From a virus: DNA of 64,000 nucleotides. Where the stretch lies: IMG/VR virus record IMGVR_UViG_3300027734_000055, positions 10,776 through 74,775 of that record, one strand, 5' to 3'. How positions within the stretch are numbered: the first letter of the stretch is position 1; each line of letters opens with the position of its first letter. A model generated the notes under the pieces. That model saw nothing but the letters and a program-made list of their open reading frames with translations, had not been told where the DNA came from and did no database searches. Both the position numbers and the translations under genes were made by a program. Shown here in pieces: positions 56,690 through 64,000 of the stretch.

Positions 56690-57778
56690 ATGGCACAAAT
56701 TATTCTAGATTCTAACAATAACTTAATACAAGGTGACTTTGATAACGCCACGTTAAACAATCGTACTAAGTTACAAACCACAACAACTAACGCCACGACT
56801 AACGTCTACGTAGCTCCTAACGGTTCATCTACATCTGCAGGGGTCTCAGTCGCTAATAACTCAAGTCTTACAAATGCATCTAAGATTGTCATGGCTACAA
56901 ACGGCACAACAGATACACAAATTATTTCCGGTGTAAATGGTTCTGGTACTTATTTACCTTTGAGCTTTTATACGAATAATGCTTTAGCGATGCAAATTGA
57001 TACATCACAGAATGTAGGGATTGGTACTACGAGTCCTACTGGTAAACTACACACAGTTACCGCTGATGGAAATAATATTGGCGCATTTTTCTCATCTACA
57101 AACGGTGCATTAAAAATAAGACCTTATTTAGATGCAACAACTGGTGCTGAAATTACTGGAAATAATCCTGCTATATCAGCATTTATACCGCTAACATTAA
57201 ATGGTTCTGTTTTAAGATTTGCTAATAGTGGTACAGAAGCTATGCGTATAGACTCTAATGGTACTGTATGTATAAATTCAACATCTCCACCAGTTTCTGA
57301 TAATAGATTGACTATTACTTACGCTTCAGCAACTCAATCTGCTGCGAGTATTAAAAATACAAGTACAACATTTGGTGGAAACCTGTTTACTTTTTATAAT
57401 GCTAGTACTGCTCAATGTGGAGCTATTACTCAAACAGCTACAACTACTACTGCATATACTACATCATCTGATTATAGATTAAAAGAAAATATTGTTCCTA
57501 TGACAGGAGCTTTAGATAAAGTGTTACAACTTAAACCTGTAACATATACATGGAAAGAAGATGGTTCAAATGGTCAAGGTTTTATTGCTCACGAACTAAA
57601 AGAAGTAGTACCAGATGCAGTTGTTGGTGAGAAAGATGCAGTAAATGAAGATGGTTCTATTAAACCACAATCAATTGACACATCATTCCTAGTAGCTACT
57701 CTAACAGCAGCAATCCAAGAACAACAAACTATCATCAACGAATTAAAATCAAGAATAGAAGCTTTGGAGAGTAAATAA
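56690..57778 (+). CDS. Tail fibre/spike with C-terminal intramolecular chaperone (peptidase S74)
   Basis: NVGIGTTSP repeats, SDYRLKENI, GFIAHEL and C-terminal coiled coil. Confidence 0.85.
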   Translation: MAQIILDSNNNLIQGDFDNATLNNRTKLQTTTTNATTNVYVAPNGSSTSAGVSVANNSSLTNASKIVMATNGTTDTQIISGVNGSGTYLPLSFYTNNALAMQIDTSQNVGIGTTSPTGKLHTVTADGNNIGAFFSSTNGALKIRPYLDATTGAEITGNNPAISAFIPLTLNGSVLRFANSGTEAMRIDSNGTVCINSTSPPVSDNRLTITYASATQSAASIKNTSTTFGGNLFTFYNASTAQCGAITQTATTTTAYTTSSDYRLKENIVPMTGALDKVLQLKPVTYTWKEDGSNGQGFIAHELKEVVPDAVVGEKDAVNEDGSIKPQSIDTSFLVATLTAAIQEQQTIINELKSRIEALESK

Positions 57779-59073
57779 TGTCCTCACTCATTTTAGGCGG
57801 AGATACCTCAGGAACCATAACGTTAACAGTGCCAACCACGGCTGGAACGAATACAATCACTTTGCCCGCTTCGACCGGTACTGCGATCACTACAGCGTCT
57901 ACATCAGGTATACCTAATACAATCAACTGGACAACAGTGCAGACATCAAGTGTGAGCCCAGCGGTAGCAGGTACAGGCTACCCAATGAACACAACAAGCG
58001 GCGCTCTAACCGTGACATTACCAGCAAGCCCAACAGCAGGTAACTTAATTTCTATTGTGGACTACGCAGGTACAGCCGCTACAAATAATATTACGATAGA
58101 TCCAAACGGCGGAAAATTACAAGGCTCAACATCAAACGGAAAAATAAGTACAAATCGTGAGGCTGTTAATTTAGTTTATGTAGATAGTACTCAAGGATGG
58201 TTAGCTTACGCTGATGTTTATTCTACTGGAAACCCTCTCCCTGTTTCTTATACTGCTACTTATTTAGTTCTTGCTGGCGGTGGCGCTGGCGGTGGTAACT
58301 CTTCTGGTGGTGGCGGTTCAGGCGGCGGCGGTGCTGGAGGATTAGTTACAGGAACATTTACGGCTACCCAAGGATCAGGTACAGTTTATACTGCTGTAGT
58401 AGGTGGTGGTGGCGCAGGCGTAGCTCCAGGTTTAGGGGGTAACGGAACTGCATCATCATTTACTGGCGTAACTTCTGCTGTAGGTGGAGGCGGAGGCGGT
58501 GGATCACAAACTGGTAATGCTGGGTCTTCAGGAGGATCAGGTGGTGGAGGCGGTGGTGGACCAAGTTCAGGACCAGGCGGAGCAGCAACACCAGGACAAG
58601 GTAATACAGGCGGAAATGGTACAGCGGGACCAGGACAAAACTCTGGCGGCGGTGGCGGTGGATCAGGTGGTGTAGGAGCTACAGGAGTTCAAAATACTAA
58701 TTCAGGTGCTGGTGGTGCTGCAACGGCAAATTCAATTACAGGTACCCCTGCTTTTTATGGAGGCGGTGGAGGCGGTGGATCTCAAGGCGGTGGAAATCCT
58801 GCGGGTCTTGGTGGTCCTGGTACTCCAGGAACTTCTGGTGGTAATGGCGGAACCGCTGTTGCGGGCGGTGCTGGCGTAGTTAACACAGGTGGTGGCGGTG
58901 GTGGTACAGGTGGTAACCCATCTGCTGGTGGTGCGGGTGGTTCAGGTGTAATCATACTTTCTGTTCCCACAGCTAATTACTCTGGTACGACAACAGGTTC
59001 ACCTACTATTACAACCTCTGGTGCTAATACAATTATTAAATATACATCTGGTTCAGGAACTTACACAGCATAA
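57778..59073 (+). CDS. Glycine-rich tail fibre/adhesin-like protein A1
   Basis: GDTSGTITL..P..AGTNTITLP N-terminus, TVTLPASP..G...QGW domain, Gly-rich domain. Confidence 0.7.
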   Translation: MSSLILGGDTSGTITLTVPTTAGTNTITLPASTGTAITTASTSGIPNTINWTTVQTSSVSPAVAGTGYPMNTTSGALTVTLPASPTAGNLISIVDYAGTAATNNITIDPNGGKLQGSTSNGKISTNREAVNLVYVDSTQGWLAYADVYSTGNPLPVSYTATYLVLAGGGAGGGNSSGGGGSGGGGAGGLVTGTFTATQGSGTVYTAVVGGGGAGVAPGLGGNGTASSFTGVTSAVGGGGGGGSQTGNAGSSGGSGGGGGGGPSSGPGGAATPGQGNTGGNGTAGPGQNSGGGGGGSGGVGATGVQNTNSGAGGAATANSITGTPAFYGGGGGGGSQGGGNPAGLGGPGTPGTSGGNGGTAVAGGAGVVNTGGGGGGTGGNPSAGGAGGSGVIILSVPTANYSGTTTGSPTITTSGANTIIKYTSGSGTYTA

Positions 59074-60341
59074 TGGCTTCTTTCATTGTCTACGGTGACG
59101 CGTCAGGTCAGGTTACAGTTAAAGCTCCTGCTGTTGCAGGGACAAACACAATTACGTTCCCAGCTGAGACAGGTACACTTTATACATCAGCGTCAACATC
59201 GTACCTAAATGGTCAAATCGCATGGGACACAACAGTTAAGACTTCAGGGTTCACAGCGGTAGCGTATGGTGGTTATTTTTGTAATACGACAAGTGCAGCG
59301 TTTACAGTCACATTACCAAGCTCACCTACTCGTGGTCAGTTTGTAGTTATTGTTGACTATGCAGGAACAAGTGCAACTAATAATATAACTGTGGCTGGTA
59401 ACGGTGCAAAGATAAATGGAAATAGTAGTAACAAACTACTTCAAACTAATAGACAAGGTATTACATTTACTTACATAGATTCAACTCAAGGTTGGCTAGC
59501 TACAAGCAACGTCTATGGAGGTTCAACACCTTTTATTAATGCGCCTTATACAGCTTCGTATTTAGTTGTAGCTGGTGGCGCTGCAGGGGGATGGAATAAC
59601 GGCGGCGGAGGCGGTGCTGGTGGATATTTAACTGGAACAGCTACTTTTAATGTAGGAACTACATATACCGTGACTGTAGGTGGCGGAGGAACTGCTGTAA
59701 CAACTTATGGTTCACGAGGGGGTAATGGTTCTGACTCAATTATTTCAGGATCAGGATTATCTACAATTACTTCTACAGGTGGTGGAGGTGGAGGAAGTTA
59801 TTTAGCTCCATCAGGGGGTTCAGGCGGTTCAGGCGGTGGAGGATGTCCTGCTGATAGTGCTAGTTCTCCTGGTTCTGGTACGCCAGGTCAAGGTAATGGT
59901 GGAGGACCAGCAGGAAGTCCAAACACTCACGGTTCTGGAGGTGGAGGCGCTGGCGCTGTTGGAGGTTTACCAAATGGTGGTGATGGATCTGCTTCAAGTA
60001 TAACAGGAACTCCAGCTACAACAGCTGGTGGTGGTGGTGGCGGTGCTGGTAACCAAGCGGCTGGCTCTGGTGGTGCTGGTGGTGGAGGTGCTGGTGGTGT
60101 TACAGGAGGTCCAGCTCGTCAAGGAACTGCGGGAACTACAAATACTGGTTCTGGTGGTGGAGGTACTGGTGGTGGCGGTGGATTAGGTTCTACTCCAAGT
60201 GGTGCTGGAGGTTCAGGTGTTGTATTTATTTCTGTACCTACTGCGTCATACTCAGGTACTACCACAGGATCTCCAACTATAACAACAAACGGATCAAACA
60301 CTATAATACAATATACAGCTTCAGGAACTTACGTAGGATAA
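59073..60341 (+). CDS. Glycine-rich tail fibre/adhesin-like protein A2
   Basis: Paralog of 57778..59073 over its full architecture. Confidence 0.7.
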   Translation: MASFIVYGDASGQVTVKAPAVAGTNTITFPAETGTLYTSASTSYLNGQIAWDTTVKTSGFTAVAYGGYFCNTTSAAFTVTLPSSPTRGQFVVIVDYAGTSATNNITVAGNGAKINGNSSNKLLQTNRQGITFTYIDSTQGWLATSNVYGGSTPFINAPYTASYLVVAGGAAGGWNNGGGGGAGGYLTGTATFNVGTTYTVTVGGGGTAVTTYGSRGGNGSDSIISGSGLSTITSTGGGGGGSYLAPSGGSGGSGGGGCPADSASSPGSGTPGQGNGGGPAGSPNTHGSGGGGAGAVGGLPNGGDGSASSITGTPATTAGGGGGGAGNQAAGSGGAGGGGAGGVTGGPARQGTAGTTNTGSGGGGTGGGGGLGSTPSGAGGSGVVFISVPTASYSGTTTGSPTITTNGSNTIIQYTASGTYVG

Positions 60342-60349
60342 TATATAAT

Positions 60350-60640
60350 ATGGCTAAGATGACTATAGAAGAACTTATAAAAGAATTTAGTAACGAACAA
60401 GGTTTTCAATTTGGTATTGACATTGTGATGAAGTCATTACGACCAGGTGCACTTTACGGCTTATCAGCCTCTGGAGGTACTTTTGAAATCGTATCGTGGG
60501 ATGAGTCAAACGAATTACCCGCACCGTCATCACAAGAAATACGAGATGAATATATTCGTCACCAAACCATTAAAGAATTTATAGATATTTTAGAACAAGC
60601 AAAACTAAACAAGAAATCTAGAGTTAGGAAAACTGCTTAA
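60350..60640 (+). CDS. Tail fibre assembly/accessory protein (XkdW-like)
   Basis: SLRPGA...W......PS..EI pattern, located between fibre genes. Confidence 0.45.
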   Translation: MAKMTIEELIKEFSNEQGFQFGIDIVMKSLRPGALYGLSASGGTFEIVSWDESNELPAPSSQEIRDEYIRHQTIKEFIDILEQAKLNKKSRVRKTA

Positions 60641-61737
60641 TGGCTATTGTATTAGATTCAGTTAACGGTATTACCCAAGCCTCATGGACTACAGCAGGTC
60701 GCCCTGCTACACCTAGTGCAGGACAAGTTGGCTTTAATACATCGTTAAATGCGCTAGAACAATACACAGGAGCTGCATGGGAAACGATACCTACATGGTC
60801 AACAGCGAATAGACCAAGTTCTCCAGTAGCTGGCTACCAAGGATACAATACATCATTACTCGCTTTTGAGTTTTATAACGGTACAACATGGGTTGGGTTT
60901 AATTCTAACATCTTGACGTACTCTGCGAGTTACTTAGTTGTAGCGGGCGGTGGCGGAGGAGCAGGAGATTTAGGTGGTGGTGGTGGAGCTGGTGGGTATG
61001 TTACAGGTACAACATCTTTAACAACAGGTACAGTATATACTGCTGTTGTAGGCGGAGGTGGTGCTGGATCTGTTGCACCTGCAATTGGCACTGCTGGAAC
61101 AAGTTCAACTTTTACTGGAGCAACAACAGCTGTTGGCGGAGGTGGTGGTGGTTGCACTACACCAGGAAGCGCACAAAATGGTGGCTCTGGAGGTGGCGCA
61201 AGGGGAACTTCCGCTGCAGGAACAGGAACACCTGGTCAAGGAAATAATGGAGCAAATGCACCAAGTGGAATTGCCTCTGGCGGTGGTGGTGGCGGTTCTT
61301 CATCTGTTGGAGTTACAGGAACATTAAGTATTGCAGGCAATGGTGGTAATGGAACAGCAAATTCAATTACAGGATCTTCAGTAACCTATACTGGTGGTGG
61401 CGGTGGAGGCGGAGGTTATCCAGGAGCTCCCTCTGGACCAGCTGGTATTGGAGGTCCAGGTACTCCTGGAGTTAGTGGGGGTAATGGAGGAACTGGTCCT
61501 GCTGGCGGACCAGCAACGAGTGGAACTGCAGGCGTAGTTAATACAGGTGGTGGCGGTGGCGGTGGCGGAGTACAAAGTCCTTCTGGACCGGGCGGAGCTG
61601 GAGGCTCAGGCGTAGTTATATTAAGCGTACCTACTTCATATTACACAGGTACAGTAACAGGAACATATACAACAGGAACTTCAGGATCTAATACTTGGAT
61701 TAAATGGACTACAGGGTCTGGAACATACACAGCTTAA
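60640..61737 (+). CDS. Glycine-rich tail fibre/adhesin-like protein B1
   Basis: Two W.TA.RP..P..G..G(F/Y)NT.L repeats, then a Gly-rich domain. Confidence 0.7.
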   Translation: MAIVLDSVNGITQASWTTAGRPATPSAGQVGFNTSLNALEQYTGAAWETIPTWSTANRPSSPVAGYQGYNTSLLAFEFYNGTTWVGFNSNILTYSASYLVVAGGGGGAGDLGGGGGAGGYVTGTTSLTTGTVYTAVVGGGGAGSVAPAIGTAGTSSTFTGATTAVGGGGGGCTTPGSAQNGGSGGGARGTSAAGTGTPGQGNNGANAPSGIASGGGGGGSSSVGVTGTLSIAGNGGNGTANSITGSSVTYTGGGGGGGGYPGAPSGPAGIGGPGTPGVSGGNGGTGPAGGPATSGTAGVVNTGGGGGGGGVQSPSGPGGAGGSGVVILSVPTSYYTGTVTGTYTTGTSGSNTWIKWTTGSGTYTA

Positions 61738-61756
61738 AAGAATTTAGGAGAATCAT

Positions 61757-62809
61757 ATGGCATTAGTACTTAACGGAACAACAGGGATTAACAACGTAAC
61801 TTGGTCAACGGCAGGGCGTCCAGCGTCGCCTGCTACAGGTCAAACAGGTTATAACACAACCCTAAATGCCTACGAAACATACAACGGTACTGGCTGGACT
61901 GTGACAGCTTCATGGACAACGGCTAATCGCCCTGTAACTCCCGCTGCAGGATACTCAGGCTATAACACAACACTCCTAGCATTTGAATTTTATAACGGCA
62001 CTTCTTGGGTTTCTATTAACTCTAACTACCTTACTTATACAGTTTCATATTTATTATTAGCTGGTGGTGGTAGTGGAAATAGTGATTTAGGAGGAGGTGG
62101 TGGAGCAGGTGGATACTTAACTGGCACTACATCTTTAACATCTGGTACAGTTTATACTGCTGTAGTGGGTGCAGGAGGTTCAAGTAATGCAGCTGGATCT
62201 AATTCAACATTTACGGGTTTAACAACTGCAGTAGGTGGCGGTAATGGGGGCGCTGCACCTGGGGGATCTGGTGGTGGAGTTAGAGGAAACGGTCCTGCTG
62301 GCACAGGAACTCCAGGTCAAGGAAATAATGGAGCTAATGCTCCTAGTAATGATAACTCTGGTGGTGGTGGTGGAGGATCTGGAAGTGCAGGTACTATATC
62401 TAGAGTTTCTCCAGCTTCAGCAGGTAATGGTGGTAATGGCACAGCTAATACAATTACAGGTTCATCAGTCACTTATGGCGGTGGCGGTGGTGGCGGTGGT
62501 AGCTATCCTCTTGCTCCTTCTGGTCCAGCTGGATTAGGTGGTCCAGGCACTCCAGGCGTTTCTGGTGGTAATGGTGGATCTGGAAGCCCAGGTTCAGTAG
62601 GAACAGCTGGAGTTGTTAATACAGGTGGTGGCGGTGGAGGTGGAGGAGTTGGTGTTGCTGGAGGTGCTGGTGGTTCTGGTGTAGTTATTATTTCTGTTCC
62701 CACAGCTAATTATACTGGTACAACTACTGGAAGTCCAACAGTGACAACATCAGGAAGTAATACAATCATCAAGTGGACTACTGCTGGGTCTGGTACTTAT
62801 ACAGCTTAA
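61757..62809 (+). CDS. Glycine-rich tail fibre/adhesin-like protein B2
   Basis: Close paralog of 60640..61737. Confidence 0.7.
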   Translation: MALVLNGTTGINNVTWSTAGRPASPATGQTGYNTTLNAYETYNGTGWTVTASWTTANRPVTPAAGYSGYNTTLLAFEFYNGTSWVSINSNYLTYTVSYLLLAGGGSGNSDLGGGGGAGGYLTGTTSLTSGTVYTAVVGAGGSSNAAGSNSTFTGLTTAVGGGNGGAAPGGSGGGVRGNGPAGTGTPGQGNNGANAPSNDNSGGGGGGSGSAGTISRVSPASAGNGGNGTANTITGSSVTYGGGGGGGGSYPLAPSGPAGLGGPGTPGVSGGNGGSGSPGSVGTAGVVNTGGGGGGGGVGVAGGAGGSGVVIISVPTANYTGTTTGSPTVTTSGSNTIIKWTTAGSGTYTA

Positions 62810-62833
62810 CAATTTTTAAACAAGGAGAAACAA

Positions 62834-63166
62834 ATGTCACATTTTGCAAAAGTAACAGACGGTAAGGTAACGCAAGTTATCGTTGCTGAAAAAGAATTCT
62901 TTGATACCTACGTAGATTCTACACCAGGTGAATGGATTCAAACATCATATAATACTCGTGGTGGTAAACACTACAATCCTGAAACAGGTGAGTTATCTGC
63001 AGATCAATCTAAAGCATTACGTGGTAACTACGCTGGTATTGGTTATACTTATGATCGTGAAAACGATGTATTCTATGCTCCACAACCAGGTGCTGACTGG
63101 GTATTAAATAAAACTACATGGACATGGGAAAACCCTAACCCTGTAGAACCAACTCCAGCAGTATAA
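62834..63166 (+). CDS. Accessory protein of glycine-rich fibres
   Basis: MSHFAKV...WIQTSYN...RGNYAGIGYTYD...FYAPQP...W pattern that typically follows Gly-rich fibre genes. Confidence 0.6.
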   Translation: MSHFAKVTDGKVTQVIVAEKEFFDTYVDSTPGEWIQTSYNTRGGKHYNPETGELSADQSKALRGNYAGIGYTYDRENDVFYAPQPGADWVLNKTTWTWENPNPVEPTPAV

Positions 63167-63179
63167 TTAGGGGTATACC

Positions 63180-63452
63180 ATGAATATGGAAAAAATAACG
63201 AGTATGTTATTCCCAGTGATAGTCTCGGCTATTGCTTGGTTACTTACTTCAATGTCTGCTATTCAGGCTGACTTAATTAGCATTAAATCTAAAATGCCTA
63301 ACCTTATTACAGAACAAGGTGTACCTACTGATAGCCCAATCTCAGCAGAAGCAAGAGCTAGATTGAAAGAAGAACTAAGAGCTCAAATGGGTGAACTTAA
63401 TGTGCGTATTAGAATTTTAGAAGAACATGAAAAATCAAAAGGATTTAAATAA
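63180..63452 (+). CDS. Membrane coiled-coil protein (copy 2)
   Basis: Diverged copy of 945..1217. Confidence 0.55.
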   Translation: MNMEKITSMLFPVIVSAIAWLLTSMSAIQADLISIKSKMPNLITEQGVPTDSPISAEARARLKEELRAQMGELNVRIRILEEHEKSKGFK

Positions 63453-63937
63453 TGTTTAGCATCCTCTCATCCATACTAGGTTTTGCTACTGCAGGTTTAC
63501 CTAGCATACTAGGGTTCTTTCAACAAAAAGGAGACCAATCACATGAACGTGAAATGGCTAAGTTGCAAAATGAACAAGCTCTACTTATGGCTCAAAAAGG
63601 TTTTCAATCTCAAGAAAAAATAGCAGCTATTGAATTGGAGGGTACTTATGCAGAAACATTCGCACAAGAACGTCAAGCACTATATGAACACGATGCAAAA
63701 CTGGTTCACGATGCAGCACCCTGGGTTAGAACTCTTAACGCAAGTGTCCGCCCTATTGTTGCTTTCACTTTTGTAGCATTACTTTTATTTGTAGATATTG
63801 GTGGCTTTATTTGGGCTATTAAATCTGCAGGCTTTAGTCGTGAGTCTATGGACATTATATTTTCTGATGATGAGATGGCTATTGTAGGTTCTATTATTGG
63901 TTTCTACTTTGGTGCTAGGACTTGGGAAAAGAAATAA
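63452..63937 (+). CDS. Putative holin (copy 2)
   Basis: Diverged copy of 1217..1702. Confidence 0.65.
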   Translation: MFSILSSILGFATAGLPSILGFFQQKGDQSHEREMAKLQNEQALLMAQKGFQSQEKIAAIELEGTYAETFAQERQALYEHDAKLVHDAAPWVRTLNASVRPIVAFTFVALLLFVDIGGFIWAIKSAGFSRESMDIIFSDDEMAIVGSIIGFYFGARTWEKK

Positions 63938-64000
63938 GTGAATGTATCAAAAGCTGGCATCGCTCTTATCAAACATCACGAGGGTGTGCGTAGTCGTCCC
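63938..64000 (+). CDS. Endolysin copy 2, 5' fragment (runs off the window)
   Basis: Same first 21 codons as the 1703 gene, with synonymous changes. Confidence 0.8.
   Translation, partial: MNVSKAGIALIKHHEGVRSRP

Larger units (their letters stand above)
63180..64000 (+). repeat. Imperfect direct repeat of 945..1765 (offset 62,235 nt)
   Basis: Colinear without indels, many synonymous and some amino-acid differences; upstream sequence is unrelated. Confidence 0.9.

Noticed and set aside
57778-62809. Diversity-generating retroelement acting on fibre genes
   Set aside because: No reverse transcriptase is present, and differences between paralogous blocks are mostly at third codon positions rather than adenine-specific.
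63180-64000. Exact terminal repeat or circularisation overlap
   Set aside because: The copies differ at many positions, including amino acids, so this is not a simple assembly overlap; reported instead as a diverged repeat.

Overview
The window is essentially one complete, AT-rich, roughly 62.2-kb tailed dsDNA phage genome of podovirus-like layout. No integrase, tRNA, rRNA or CRISPR was seen. The minus-strand arm (about 14.6-36.5 kb) holds early and replication genes: primase-helicase, SNF2 helicase, PD-(D/E)xK nuclease, family A DNA polymerase, HNH endonucleases, three 2OG-Fe(II) oxygenases, a TraR/DksA-like protein, a SleB-like hydrolase, VRR-NUC and many small ORFs. A non-coding control/origin-like region lies at about 34.2-36.0 kb. 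The plus-strand arm (36.6-64 kb, continuing at 1-14.6 kb) holds terminase, portal, GroES, scaffold, major capsid, small basic proteins, adaptors, a modular tail-fibre array with several glycine-rich proteins, lysis genes and P22-like tail/ejection proteins. The main finding is a 25-codon ORF missed by the ORF track (45147-45224, MKTWTKPAATEMRFGFEVTMYVMNK). It is a PqqA precursor peptide of the PQQ cofactor, inserted just after the major capsid gene between two terminators, and it points to a Methylophilaceae-type methylotroph host. Other notable signals are a recurring hydrophobic-x-x-GG motif and a basic motif shared among putative internal virion proteins, two candidate structured RNAs, and diverged (not identical) copies of the lysis module at the two window ends flanking different tail-fibre cassettes. 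All functional calls come from motif recognition by eye; no searches were run.
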